54,672 bases of DNA, filler included, from Sphacelaria rigidula (GCA_964200075.2; 5 parts of 5 records of this genome joined end to end with filler, not necessarily neighbours in it); one strand, 5' to 3'; shown: positions 11,991 through 24,671, numbered from the whole stretch's first letter. Program-made: numbers and translations. The notes: a model not told the origin generated them from the sequence alone.

Positions 11991-12253
11991 CTCTTCAGTT
12001 GATGGAACATGACGCTTTCTCGACCTATGGCGATGGAAAGTACCACGGCTACCGGATGGTGTCGTTCACAGCAGAGTTGACTTTTCTCCTTGAGCGCTCC
12101 TTGATGGATGGCGACACCTGCTCTTGTTTTGTGTATATTTTGAGGATATGCATGTAACACGCGAGTAAGGTCAGTTTTTTGTAATGTGCGTTGTTTCTTG
12201 CTGCTGCTGCTTTGCTACGACTGCTGTCCGATTTCGTTGATGAAATATTACAG

Positions 12254-15200
12254 ACTATCGAGCTCAAGGACGTGGAGACCCATGAGCAGTACGAGTTCCT
12301 GCTCAATGAGATCGAGATTATGAAGAAGCTCGACCACCCCAACATCGCGAGGTGAGATCCGGGATAGATGAAACTCTCACACACGTCCATCTCTCGCAGT
12401 TTTTTGCTGCTGTATGTCAGTTAAACATGGCGTTACTCCTGATGCCCCTCTCCCTTCTCTCATTTCTCTTTTGCAATAAAAAAGGAGAAAGTTCAGGCCA
12501 GTCGCCGAGGAAATTAGGATGAGAGTTTATATTCTGCGCATCTGCATTTCGGTTTTTAAGAATGGAGAGGACAGTACCTCCTCCCTCCTCCCCCCCGAGC
12601 TGCAAAAAACAATGAAGAACGATTAAGACCGACATTCGATACCAAAATTTCGGGCGTGTGCCGGGAGAGAAAAGAGTCGATTGTCTCATTTTGAGACCAC
12701 AGATTGATCTCGCGGAAGTGGAGGGGTTGAGAAAGCATGACGCATTGACGAGAAGAAAACATCAAGTGAAAAAGCGTTGGAACCGAGCCAACGCTTGGGA
12801 GTAGCCGCGTACCTGCCTTGTATGAGGTTAGTTGTTTCCCGAGACATGGGGGTGAGGAAGTGGATGTGAAGTGCGTTGAGCCACGTCACACGTTGCTGAA
12901 AGTCGACATTGAATACCATTTACGCTTTGAACTTCACGAGCACACGCGGCCCTTCGGTCGACAGGAGTGGTCACCTGTAGGATCGGCGTTGTCTGCACTG
13001 GAATGATGTTCGTGAGACCCAGATGATCCACCGCCCCGGCGGTCAAAATGTTGATCACCGCGAAGTACCTCAAGTGGCTGTGTCGGTACGAGGACGTCGG
13101 ACAGCTCATGAGCTATGTGGAATAAACTTATCGAGGAGTGCTCCAAAATTCCTCTCCCATAAACACAATATACGTGACCGCGGGGTCCGACAAGCCAAAG
13201 TGATACGCTTGCGCTGCCCTGCGTGGTCGGGGTCCAGGGCTGTACGGAGCAAGTTTGGGAAGCGGGCCAAATGAAGCTGGCTCAGGATTCCGAGCAATAC
13301 CCTAGTTACAAGTTGAAACCCAGGTAGCTTATGAGCTCTGCGACGTGTGGTATGTTGGTGACCCACCTTTGAACGCAACACATTGGTGAAGCCCGTTATG
13401 TTCTGAACATTTAATGCTGTTATTGCTCCGAGGTGTGAATCCCGCCCCCTCCCCACGCCCTCCCTTCCCGGCAGTGCCTTGACATGACTCGACGAGTAAC
13501 CCTCTATCATGTTTTTGTTCGCTTTTCTGCTTGCTTGCTTGCTTGTTCGTGGTGTGTGTGTTTTTTCGTGTTTCTGCGACTACGTCGCAATATGGCTTGG
13601 GGTGACGGCTGGGCTGCATGGCTTCTCTTGAAACAGGGTGCAAGAAGTGTTCCATACCCCTGACCACTACTACATGGTGATGGACCTGTACACTGGTGGC
13701 GATATGTACTCTCGGTACAAGCTCAGGAGCGAAGAGGACACCGCGAAGATTGTGGGAAAGCTCATAAACGCCCTGCGATACTGCCACGACCGTAACGTTG
13801 CGGTAAGCGAAGCCTTTTCTTCCTCTTCCTTTCTATTTATCTATCTTTTTCTTTTATTTCCTCTTGTCTTTTTTTTTTTTTTCGCTTTTTCCCCTGCTAT
13901 TACCTAGTCTTCGTCACTTCTTTCACCCCCTCTCCATGTTTCATCTCTACGGAGTGGCCACTGTACTTGACGTCTTGACCCATGAGAGAGGGTGCATCGT
14001 GCGGGTCTCACTAATCTTTTTTACAGGAAAAAAAATGTCGACCGATTCAACAGATCAGCCGGGCGGCCAAAGATTTCACTCAAGCTCTGTCAAAAATCCA
14101 TGGTTATTTTGCACTACCTCTATTTGGTTTAGACACTGAGATTCGAATCTGTTGGCGGGGTCCACCTTTCCCCCCTCCCGCGCGCATATCTACCGTATCT
14201 ATATATCTGTGTACGCATGCACGCACTGCATCAACCCACAGCACCGAGATATCAAACTGGAGAACATCTGCTTCGAGTCCATGGCGGATGACGCCGAGGT
14301 GAAGCTTGTGGACTTTGGCCTCAGCGTTAAGGAGGAACAGTTGAGGCACGATCTCGTGGGTTCCTGGCCGTTCATGGCTCCGGAAGTTCTGCAGAGGGCA
14401 CATCACCCCAAGGCCTGCGATCTGTGAGTTTCATGCTGTTGATTTTGGTTTTAATGAGCAATGCTACGGCAGGGGTACACTTTTTGCGCAAAATCTTGTC
14501 TGGTTCACGGGCTCCTAACGATTCTAGATGCACAAGAATATGTGTCAGGGCATCCCCGTTCGCAAATTCAGTCGGGATATATCCCTAGCACATTGGTATA
14601 GCAATCCTGTCGTACTCTCACATATTTCGGAAATCGTGTTTTGGATAAGATGAAAGGCTCCCAACAATTCTAACCTCAGAAAATAGTTGGGCACTCCCAC
14701 CGTAGCATCCCTCTGATGTTGATGTTGATGTGTACGTGTCATATGTATATCCTGAACTCATGCTCTGGTAGGGGTCGCAAATTTGGGCCCAGAACTTTCT
14801 CATTCAGTGGCACCTAAAGTTGGGAGCTGCACAAGAATATCGGTCAGGACATTCCCGTTTTCAAAATTCAATTGGGATATGAGTAGCCCATTGGGCTGAT
14901 GGTCGTGGCACACTTCATAAATCGTTTTTTTGGGTAAGATCCTGAAAAAAAATTGTGGAACCCTGCCGTGGCACCACTGTTGACGCATGCTTTAATGAGT
15001 TGTGAATTTGCCTCCTTACATTTGTGTAAGTTGTTGGTTTGTTGGGCGACGCTTCCCTACGGTGTGTCCACAGTACCGGCAAGTTCGTGTTTGTGGATGC
15101 AGTGTAGAGCAGAAACAGGTTAGTGGCGCCAGAGAGAGTCAGTTCCTCTTCGGGAACCAGACAGCTAACAAGCTGTTTGGCGTGGGTGATGATATCTCGT

Positions 15201-15559
15201 GGATCTTGTCCAGGGGACTACGGTTATCGGACGCCAAGAATGGCTATTCACAAAATAGTAGATAGTATGACCTTTACCTTGAGGTACTATTACAAGCCAA
15301 GCGTTCATGCTTTTTTTGTTGTATATTTCGTTTGATTGAACGCACACTGCATTTTGACGCCGCCTGCTGTGCCTGCGTCATTCTTTTGTCGTCGGCGCAT
15401 GTGCTTTTTTTGTTGCTTTTTCTTCTGTGTTAGGTGGAGCATGGGCGTCATTACGTATTGCCTGTTCGCCGGATATCCGCCGTTTCGGTCGGTGAACCTT
15501 AAGGTGCTCAAGGATCAGATCTTGCACAAGTGAGTCAAACAGTTGTTTAGGATGATTTG

Positions 15560-15616
<57 letters not shown>

Positions 15617-18600
15617 ATCAGGCCAATCTCTCGAACCCATGACCGAAGATTGTACACGCTGTACAACTATCCGTGGCACTTTGGCTTTACTTGCTAATAC
15701 TATGCCGGTTAAACTAGATAGTTGCAACTATTGACACAACAAAATGGCGCTCAAACCCGACTGGCTCCCGGTGTGCTACGCGTAGCAGTGCGTGAGATGG
15801 CGCAAAATTCGCCCCCGTGGCTGTGGCCCGCGGTCGTATTATTAATATGTATTTTTGTCCCCAGTTGCCAAGTAAATCGCAATTCCAGAGTATTAGTTGT
15901 TACAGATGGTTGTACAGGGTGTGAAAGATTGAGATGATGTAGCGAAATAGTCAAGAAACGCGAAGTATGAGGATTAAATACTGAGGATACCCCAAAAAAA
16001 AATCATTCTCGGGGTTTGTCCCAGGGGTCGGCACCGAAATTTTATACCCTCATCGAGAAGCCTTTGCGCCCAGGGAAGACTGGCCGCCGTTGGTGCTTAA
16101 GGTGTAGTCTGGAGTTGTGGATGTAATGCAGCACTCTTTGCTTGGTTCTGAAGACAGCCAGTCTCTCCTCGCAGACCAAATAGCTAGTGGACTGTTTGTT
16201 GGCGATGGAGAATGACCTCCCGTGGATGATGTCCAGGGGATCGGAATTATGGGGGACCAGGAACGTAAGGAAATGTGCTTGCTCTCCACCCTGTCGTTTT
16301 TTTGGTGGTCGTGCCTTCTTTGTTTGCAGCGAGGTGCAATTTGATCACTCGGTGTGGAAGGGGGTGAGCAATAATGCCAAGGACTTCATCAGGAAGCTGC
16401 TGACAAAGGATTGGACGAAGCGACTCACTGCGCAGGAGGTAGGTAACAGGGGGGGAGGGGGGGGGGGGATACTCATTTGTTGCTTGCCTCAGCTTCTTGA
16501 TTTTTAACCACACATCCCACTCGGGGCGGAGCCCTGGGCCTAGGGGAGGGAGAAGAAAAGTAACAGAGAATCAGATGAACAAGACAAAATCCGTCCGATG
16601 TCGTTTATTCTCCGCCATACTATTGATTCTGTAATTAAATCACCGTTTGGTTTTTTTTTGTGTGTGTTGTGGTTTTTAACATCTGAGTCAACTCACGCAA
16701 GCAAAGCAACAAAATATTGCTTGGAGTAACAGACCGGAGTCAACGGCAGGATACTCACGGCGTCTCTCTGTCGTGTTTTGTCCCAGTATTGGTATTTTGT
16801 TGTACCTCTCAACTGATCAGCTGCGCATGTCATTCCCCTGCGTAAACGACGACCTTACCTCTACATACGATACCATCCAATATCTGGTGGTCGATATTAT
16901 TACGTGTCCATCCTGAGCGCCAAAATCGGCCTACTGAAAACGTTGAAAACATCACCACACGATCTATGGTGTGTTTGGTGAATTGACTCTGATCCATGAT
17001 CCATTTGCCGAAATCCTTGCTCGCAGGCTCAGCAGCACCCTTGGCTGTCGGATAGGACACGGCGGTGGTCGAAAAATCCCAAGCTGTCTCCTCAGGTGGT
17101 GAACAATCTGCTCCGCTTCAAGAACGAAAATCTGATGAAGGTAGGTGACGTTGGTGCTGTACCTTGCTATAGCTTTGCGGTGTATTATTTATTTTTTTCC
17201 CTTGACAACTGAGTGTATGTCGCGTGATCCCGTGATCGTGGCTGGGCTGGTGACGGAATAGTTATTGTGCGACGAGGCCCCATGTCCTCGAGGAAGCATT
17301 TTTTTTTCCCGACAAGATGCAGCTTGTGGGTGGGTGAGTGGTTCGTGTGTTTTGATCTTCGTGTGTCGACGATGCAGAGGTTTTTCAGGCTGCTGCTGAG
17401 AGCAAGAATAACATGCAAGGTAGGTTAAGTGTGTAAATCGTTCGACGAGAAGCCGTACATTTGCTTTTATGAAGAGCGTGTTGGATCATGGACGTCCAAG
17501 ACACGCAACGGTTTCATCACTTTTTTTTTTCACGTGTCTTGGATATTGTAAAGGAAGTGTTCCGGACCGCAAGTGTGTTTTTCATCATTTTTTTTTTCTC
17601 TTTTTCACGTGTCTTGTACGTTGTAAAGGAAGTGTTTTGTGAAGTGTTCGCTTCGTTGCTTGCATCTTTGAGTCGTGTTTATCCTGGTCTCTCCTCCAGT
17701 CTTTTTCATCCATGCTCACTCTCTTCTTCGTCCAGTTTGCTCGGGAAGCCTCTGTCCTGTTTATTCTCGGTGGGTATGGCGTCTTTCTTTCGACTATTTT
17801 AGGCCTTTTTGACACGGCGTGCGCCTGAAATCTTGTCAAAAATACATCCACACTGGGTAGATGAACTACAAATCAAAAAGTGGAGTCGTGGCGGATCGTT
17901 TGAGCTGCAACAACCCCACGAATGTTTCACTCATCATGTCTCTCTCAGTCTCTTTTTGTCTCTCTGTCACTTGCCCGTTCTTGATCGACGTCTGGAAAAC
18001 GACAATTTGGATACAACGGTTGAACAATGATCAAACAGCGAGTGGCGTTGGGGGTGGTGGCGCGAACATTGGAGGCTTCGGAAATGCGATCTTTGGAGCA
18101 GGAGTTTCACAAGGTAACAAAGGAGACATGTTTTTTGCTCTTTATTGATTTTTTTTCTCGTCCATTGTCGTTTTGTTTGGCGTGAACAGATCGATACCAT
18201 ATACAAGTAGGATCCCGATACAGTGCGGTCAAAATCACTTCTCACAAGTCCGACCGCGGGCGGCAATAGTATCTTGTGATTGCACTACCCACCGCACTAT
18301 AACGGGATCCCCATGTACATGGAAATCGACGAGGAAGAATGTAGTTGCGTTGCTTTGTTCACGTACTATGAACAGTGATATCATCGTACATTCGCATGTG
18401 TGATGCTTGACAGGAAAATGAACACATTTTGTGGTATACCTTTTCCTCAGGGCTGTGGTTGGAGTGGATGTTTGGAAAATAATCGTACGGTATAATGGTA
18501 CTTGACTTTCGCGGTATCTCGGCGGTACACGGTATCACACGTTGGACAGCTCATGAGAAAATTCTCTGCTCATGGTGTACTAATCGAGATCATGAGCTAC

Positions 18601-21600
18601 GTCGTCTGGACCCTTTTTCCATGTTTGCTCTGCAGCACTTTACCCCGAGCATGCCGAGTACGCGAATGTAGCGCTTTGGGTTCTATGACTCATGACCCCA
18701 CGGCCACGTGTTTTGTGTTCCCGAACGCGACGGATCGGAGAGTCCTTTTCGATCACTATACAGTAGTGGGCGGTCTAACTATTCATTTCGTGGTATTTTG
18801 TGATGTTTCCCTTACTGGCGATTTTCTTGGGCTCTTTTCGCTTGTCACCGCTCATCACGTTGAGAATCTGAAGATATTTGTATCCGCTCCACATTCCAAG
18901 AAAAAAAATCACATATTCTCAAGATCGAGTGACGTACGGGATGACAGGTTATCGTGGGTCCTGCCACGTTTCAGCCGAGATTATTACTTTTCAGTATTTT
19001 CGATCGATCGAACCTGTCCCGAACACATTTATGAAAATATGTACAGTTTTGAGAGAATTGCCGATTTAACCCTTAGACAGCGAGAGTAGGTCATCTGTCG
19101 AATCGGCATCAATTTTACTTGAAAAAAGTATGCATGATCCAGAAAGACTACCCTCGCGGTCCAAGGGTTAAGAGAGGTAAAAAAAGCTTGGCACACCACC
19201 TCTTGAACCGAACCCTGGTTTCTCTTAAACCGAACTCTCTTTTATCTTGAACAGGATCCACCCCCCCCCCCCCCCCCGCTCTTTTACTGTACAGTATACT
19301 GTAGTTGGTAACCTCGAAACCTTGTGACGGTTGGGTCGTCGGTTGAAATTTCGGAGTGACCTGGGATTTTTTTCACACCATGCCCAACAGTGGAGACCGA
19401 CCGGGTCGTGGGTACACAAAATTCGACTTAACGGTCGACGAGGGGAAGGGAGTGCTGAACCCCTCTCGCGATGAAAAATAAAAGGCAAGCACCACAAAAG
19501 GAAGGTGGGGTAGTGGAAACAAATAAAAAATAACCTCCTGTGTTGATATTCCTCCTGTGTGACCCCGGCTGGTGCGCCCACATATACCGGAAGGTGTAGA
19601 TCGGCGTCTAGAATAGAGGGGACGACAACACACACGCACACACTGTAGCCTGAAAAACAACATCTCAGTACGTCCAGCAGTTGTAACACACAAACAGCTC
19701 CAAGCTCCACCGGCTGCGAGCATGATGCCTTGCGCGGCGGTTATTACAGTGTTTGTACAGCAGTATTACTGCGGAGAGGTGTAACATGGCGGTGGTGTCG
19801 TACCATCTTCGTAAGGCCAAGCTGGCCTGGATGAACGAGTTTGGATCAAGGAAAACAAAACAAACTTGCATAGCAGACTTCATGTAGCGTTGCAAAAGCT
19901 GCTGATGAGCGCATGTCATATGTCTATTGCTGGGTGGGACGAGTGTAGTTACTTGAGTTTCACTGGTGGTGAGATAATCATGTGTACAGCACTACAGTAG
20001 TCAGCGTCAGAAGTTTGCAGAATCCGTAATTTTTTAGTTTGTCAAAGATTGTCCAAATCTGTTTCGCTTGCCACCACTCATCACAGTGACGGTTGGATAC
20101 CAAAAAATGGGTATCCGGAGATATTTTAAACCTCTTGGAAAATATTGAAATAAAAAATATCTGCGATCAATCATGAGTGACTTACGGACTTGACCGATCT
20201 TCGGGGGTCCTGTCCTGCGAAAATACGACCCCAGGCTCTAGCTTTTTGGTATTTTCGGTGGACCGACTCGATCCGCATCATGAAAATGAAGACTCAAAAA
20301 AGGATTGTTTTTTTGAAATTCCACCTTGTCACTGCGCTAAAGCAGGAAAACTATGGTTTTTGGACCATTTACGGTCAATAACACCCTCCTGATAAACGGG
20401 GTCTTTACCCGGTATCGCCCCCACGACACCAACTTGGGCGATTATGATTTGAGCACGGTTTGTTTATTTTGCCAAAAATATCGACGCTAGCACTTTCGAG
20501 TGCTCATGGAAAATGTTATGCGAAAAAAAAACGAAAATAGGCCATCCCCAGAAAATGCTAGACTGAGGTCTGTGCAGTATAGAAGGGAAACACGATGTCG
20601 ATCGTTATTGTGAAGAGTTTCATACGTATTCATTTATCGGAATATTTACCGTTTCGTCGCTGAAGAGCGGGAAAATTGCTTATATTGGACCAAAAATGGT
20701 CAGTTACACCCTCCTGATGAACGGGATATTAAGTCCGTATCGCCCCAAAAACACCAACTTGAACACTGCAGTTTGAGTGTGGCCTACGCTTTCCCCCTAA
20801 ATCTACCGGCGCTAGCACTTTCAAGTTGTAGTGAATAATGGTACTCCAGAAAAACTCCAAAAATAAGACAACTACGAATCCTGAAAACTTCTGACGCTGA
20901 CTACTGTACAGAGTTCAGTACAGTATGTGTGGTTTTCTATCCTTTTGCCTTCTTTTGTTTCTTGCTTCCGAGATGTGACGTGTGTGTGGCGTGCATGTGT
21001 TGGGTTGGCCGCTCCGTTCAGGTGTTGTGGGGATAACTTCGATAACGCGGAATATATCGATTTCTTCGCAAGAAGTGGAGATCGTGCGGGATGTGGGTCC
21101 TGTAGCGCACAAAAGTATTGTGTAAACGAGATGAAATGCTCTAGCGACACTTTGATTCGGTACCACGGCACAGGCGGCCCTTCAAGGACTCTCAATAACC
21201 CATACATTCAGTTTAAGAGAAAACCTCTCTTGAACCGATCTAGTAGAAAATCGTGTTTAAGAGAGGTTTTCTTGATCTGCCACACCCCTCTCTTCAACCG
21301 TGACCCCCACTGTACCTAATTCTGTGTGTTCTCACAAGTTTGAGGCTGACAACCTCGTTCCCCGATGATGGTGATGAGTGTGGGCTTGCCTTGCCTCGCC
21401 TCTCCTTTCCCTTGCACGTGAAGGGGGCTTTGCTAACCTCTGTTAGCTTATTTTTTTTTCTCGTGTGTGCACAGGCCGACAGCACGCAGAGCGGGGTGAT
21501 TTCGATCGAAGATTTCCACGAGATCCTGAGGCGATCAAAGCAGTTTAAACCGGCGGAAATCAAGGACATTTTCGGTTTGGTGGATATCAACTGCTCTGGG

Positions 21601-21641
21601 GAGCTCTCGTACACCGATTTTACTGCGGCCGCGCTAGATAG
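12254..21641 (+). CDS. CDPK: Calcium-dependent protein kinase (CDPK), internal portion; 5' and 3' exons not found in this contig
   Basis: Eight phase-compatible AG/GT-bounded exons: 12254-12351 (NEIEIMKKLDHPNIAR), 13637-13802 (YYMVMDLYTGGDM...YCHDRNVA), 14242-14423 (HRDIKLEN...DFG...MAPE...CDL), 15434-15529 (WSMGVITYCLFAGYPPF), 16330-16438 (WKGVSNNAKDFIRKLL...RLTAQE), 17027-17140 (AQQHPWL...junction), 18039-18113 (RVALGVVARTL...EFHK), 21475-21641 (EF-hands DSTQSGVISIED and DINCSGELSYTD). Confidence 0.95.
13095..13350 (+). repeat. Dispersed repeat in a CDPK intron (homologous copy ~49315-49570; short match at 18544)
   Basis: GGACAGCTCATGAGCTA...AAACACAA.ATA.GTGAC.GCGGGGTC.GA.AAGCCAAAG is shared between the loci. 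Confidence 0.7.
15560..15617 (+). repeat. (TAG)n microsatellite
   Basis: About 19 GTA/TAG units. Confidence 0.95.
18761..19289. mobile_element. Degenerate Tc1/mariner-type non-autonomous element
   Basis: TA|CAGTA...TACTG|TA termini. Internal sequence (CTTGTCACCGCTCATCAC...GAGTGACGTACGG) resembles 20060-20210. Confidence 0.4.
19070..19167. mobile_element. 98-bp piggyBac-type MITE
   Basis: TTAA|CCCTTAGAC...GTCCAAGGG|TTAA, i.e. TTAA TSD with CCC/GGG termini. Confidence 0.85.
19303..19730 (+). mobile_element. tRNA-derived SINE-like repeat, long copy
   Basis: Aligns by eye with 10662-10787 and 51334-51692 (CACCATGCCCAACAGTGGAG...GTCGTGGGTACAC.AAATTCGACTT.ACGGT...). Confidence 0.75.
19995..20906. 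mobile_element. 912-bp non-autonomous Tc1/mariner element
   Basis: TA|CAGTAGTCAGCGTCAGAAGTTT...AAACTTCTGACGCTGACTACTG|TA, with a TA TSD and ~35-bp TIRs. An internal diverged direct repeat lies at ~20358 and ~20684. Another left end is at ~10788-10855. Confidence 0.85.
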
Positions 21642-21693
21642 GTAGGCAACTCGAGTCAGGAACTTTCCTTTTTCTTCTTCTCCTTCTCTTCCT

Positions 21694-21733
<40 letters not shown>

Positions 21734-21810
21734 CTTTTTTTTTTTGTCGTTTTCTTTTTTTCCGTTGCGTTTTTTTTTATGGTTTTTTTTTTTTTTCTTT
21801 TTTTTTTTTT

Positions 21811-21910
21811 NNNNNNNNNNNNNNNNNNNNNNNNNNNNNNNNNNNNNNNNNNNNTTAATTAATTAANNNNNNNNNNNNNNNNNNNNNNNNNNNNNNNNNN
21901 NNNNNNNNNN
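21811..21910. other. Artificial contig linker
   Basis: N44-TTAATTAATTAA-N44. Confidence 0.98.
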
Positions 21911-22895
21911 TGAGGTCTGAATCCCTCCAGAGTACCAAAAGTATGGTGCACTGGAGCACGTGGTTTTCGTGAACGTACCTTAGAGGGAAATATGAACGGC
22001 AGAGGGAAATATGAGCATCATTCCTCTGGCGGAGGGACCGACTATGGCCTCTGAGGCATTTGTTGCGACCCCGGAAAACATAGCCGTGCAGTATCCTCCA
22101 GCGTGTACATTTACACTTGTGTACTTGTGTCCTATAACTGCTTCCAGGGAACCTTTGGGGCCATCACGCCATAAAAAAAATATGTATCACCCGCCGTTCA
22201 CAGATTGAAGTGCAAAATCGACAACACTTATCCCCAGCTATAATACCACCACGATACCCCTGCAGCAAAGAGCACGAGTTGGGCACAGGGATATAGATAC
22301 ACACTGCAGTAGTTGAGCATGATGTATGTCTTGTTGGTGGAAGTTTGAACCTGAGCAGCGGGGTATGGTGCGAGCAACAACCGGCGGTTTACTGCATACA
22401 CACCCATGAACAGTGCAGGCAGACAAAGCTGCGCACACTATTGAAGTTCTTTTCACCTCGCACTGTGAGCAGAAAACATACATATAGTCCTGCGCTGTCT
22501 GCACTGTATTTTGTGCGCTTCCCTTTCACGTCCTACTGACTGCAGTGGTGAGCACGCCGCAAGAACGGGCGTCGTGTATACTCAGTAGCTCACGGTATGT
22601 AACACCGCTATGCACCCAAAGTTACAGGCATCCACTTTGTTCAGCCACACGTGGTGCATATGCCGCGCTAACTCTGCAGTATATTGTACAGCACGTATAA
22701 AAGCACGATATGGTACTGTCATACACGGTATTGTACTGTCCAGTACAGCATCAAACCATGCTTATTGTTGTTGTGATCATATATATCCCCATCAACGCGT
22801 ACAGGATAAACCGCGATCATACTTTTTCGCGTGTTTACTCGAAAAAATGCTTCACTTTGGTGTTCGAGTGGTCAACGAAAGAACGGGACTGCTGA

Positions 22896-23620
22896 GGCCG
22901 TGTCTTGTCAAATTGTTTTCGTGTCGAAAACGTGCGGTCGAATCGAATTCCCTAGTTTCTGATTCGCCGATGCTCTTTATTTTCTCAGATGGTTGAGAAC
23001 ATGGATGCCGTGGACGTATCAGGTAAGAGCAAATCCAACCACCATACGTTTTGAGGCGAAACCAATTTGATGAAACACTGCCTGAGGCAGTGTCTTTTGC
23101 CTGATACGTCCACGGCATCCATGCTCTCAACCATCTCGGAAAATTAGTAGCGTCGACGAATCAGAATCGAGCGGGTTCGATTCTACACCGCACGTTTTCG
23201 AGTGAAAAACAATATGATAAGACACCGCCTAAGGCCGTGTCTTATCATATTGTTTTTGACTCGAAAACGTACGGTGAAATCAAATTTGCTCGTGCCTGAT
23301 ACGTCCACAGCATTCATGTTCTCAACCATCTGAGAAAATGAGCAGCGTGGACGAATCAGAAACGAGCGAATTCGATTTCACCGTACGATTTCGAGTCGAA
23401 AACAATTCGATAAGAACCGGCCTCACCTGAGGAAATGAGCAGCGTGGACGAATCAGAAACGAGCGAATTCGATTCCACCGTACGTTTTCGGGTCGAAACC
23501 AATTTGATAAGACACGGCCGTGTCTTATCAAATTGGTTTCGTGTAAAAACGTGTGGTCGAAAAATGTTTTCTCGTTTCTGATTCGTCTACGCTACCTATT
23601 TTCTCAGATGGTTGAGAACA
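22896..23620. mobile_element. Cluster of ~5 adjacent Tourist/PIF-Harbinger-like MITEs (~190 bp)
   Basis: TIR GGCCGTGTCTT(A/G)TCA(A/T)ATTG. Copies at 22896-23082, 23086-23229 and 23233-23422 plus partial copies to ~23620, separated by 3-bp TGA/TAA/TCA. Confidence 0.75.
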
Positions 23621-24230
23621 TAAATGTGGTGGATAGCAAGGTGGGACCGGCGCAGGAATCTGGGAAGAGTCAGATAGCTGATGAAATAAATGTCCGTCCG
23701 CACTACGAGAGCACTCGGTTGGTTGTGAACCGAAACAAAGTGAAACTCCTTCAGCTACTCTTGCTATATACTGATGGTGGCTGCTGCTTTTCTGCTTGTA
23801 CAGCACCCCGCACCACCGCAGGCTCCCTGCGTCGCTAGTGCGGCTCCATCAATGTGATGAGATATATAGTATAAAGCACCAGGCAGCTGGCTGTGCCACA
23901 TGAGCGGGTCACAGCCGATGACTTGTACAGATATACAGTATTCGCTCTTCACAACCGATGCTGCGCATTTCACCTATTTCTGGCACCCACTCGCACTTAC
24001 TCCACGGTCCGGCTTATTTATTCGAAACGATGGACGTCCAGCACCTCTGGTATTTCCCAAGCGATTTGGGGGGGTGTGTTATGCCGATGTATTTGCGCTT
24101 GGTATGCCTTGTACATGCACAAGATGCCTTGCACATCATGTTATGCGTCAGCTTTTCTGACGCAACCGTGAAGGCACCACAGTCTGAAACATCACGCAGC
24201 CTGCACATGATTTGCAACGTGGGATACTGT

Positions 24231-24568
24231 CAAGAAACCGATTGACTGCTGAGCTAAACAGACAACGCTTGCTGTTTTGCTCAAACACTAAATCGGTTTC
24301 ATAACAAAAGCTAAGTTCGTCAGGGTGCGGTCGGAAGAAACGGAAAACGACTGAAAATTTGAATTCGATGTTGAGCACCGGGTGCAGTCGAAGTCTACCG
24401 GTTGAACTGAACAGTGTTGGTTACAGGGATAGCAACCCTGCGGTGTAAGTACTCGGGGTCATGCGACGGGCCCACCGAACTTAGCGTTTGTTAAGAAACC
24501 GATTGACTGCTGAGCTAAACAGCCAGCGCGCGCTGGCTGTCCAGCTCAGTAGTCAATCGGTTTCTTAA
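24231..24568. mobile_element. 338-bp element with ~90-bp TIRs, each ending in a ~75-bp hairpin
   Basis: Palindromes at 24232-24302 and 24491-24568; inner inverted pair AACAAAAGCTAAGTTCG / CGAACTTAGCGTTTGTT. Confidence 0.6.
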
Positions 24569-24666
24569 CCCTTAGACCGCGAGATTAGTTTTTCTGGATC
24601 ATGCATACTTGGTTTCACTCGAAATTGATGCCGATTCAACAGAAGAGTAACCTCGCGGTCTGAGGG
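24569..24666. mobile_element. 98-bp piggyBac-type MITE
   Basis: TTAA|CCCTTAGACCGCGAG...CTCGCGGTCTGAGGG|TTAA. Confidence 0.9.
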
Positions 24667-24671
24667 TTAAA

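Noticed and set aside
22896..23620. CRISPR-like repeat array
   Set aside because: Units alternate in orientation, have TIR/TSD structure and lack unique spacers; there are no cas genes and the context is eukaryotic.
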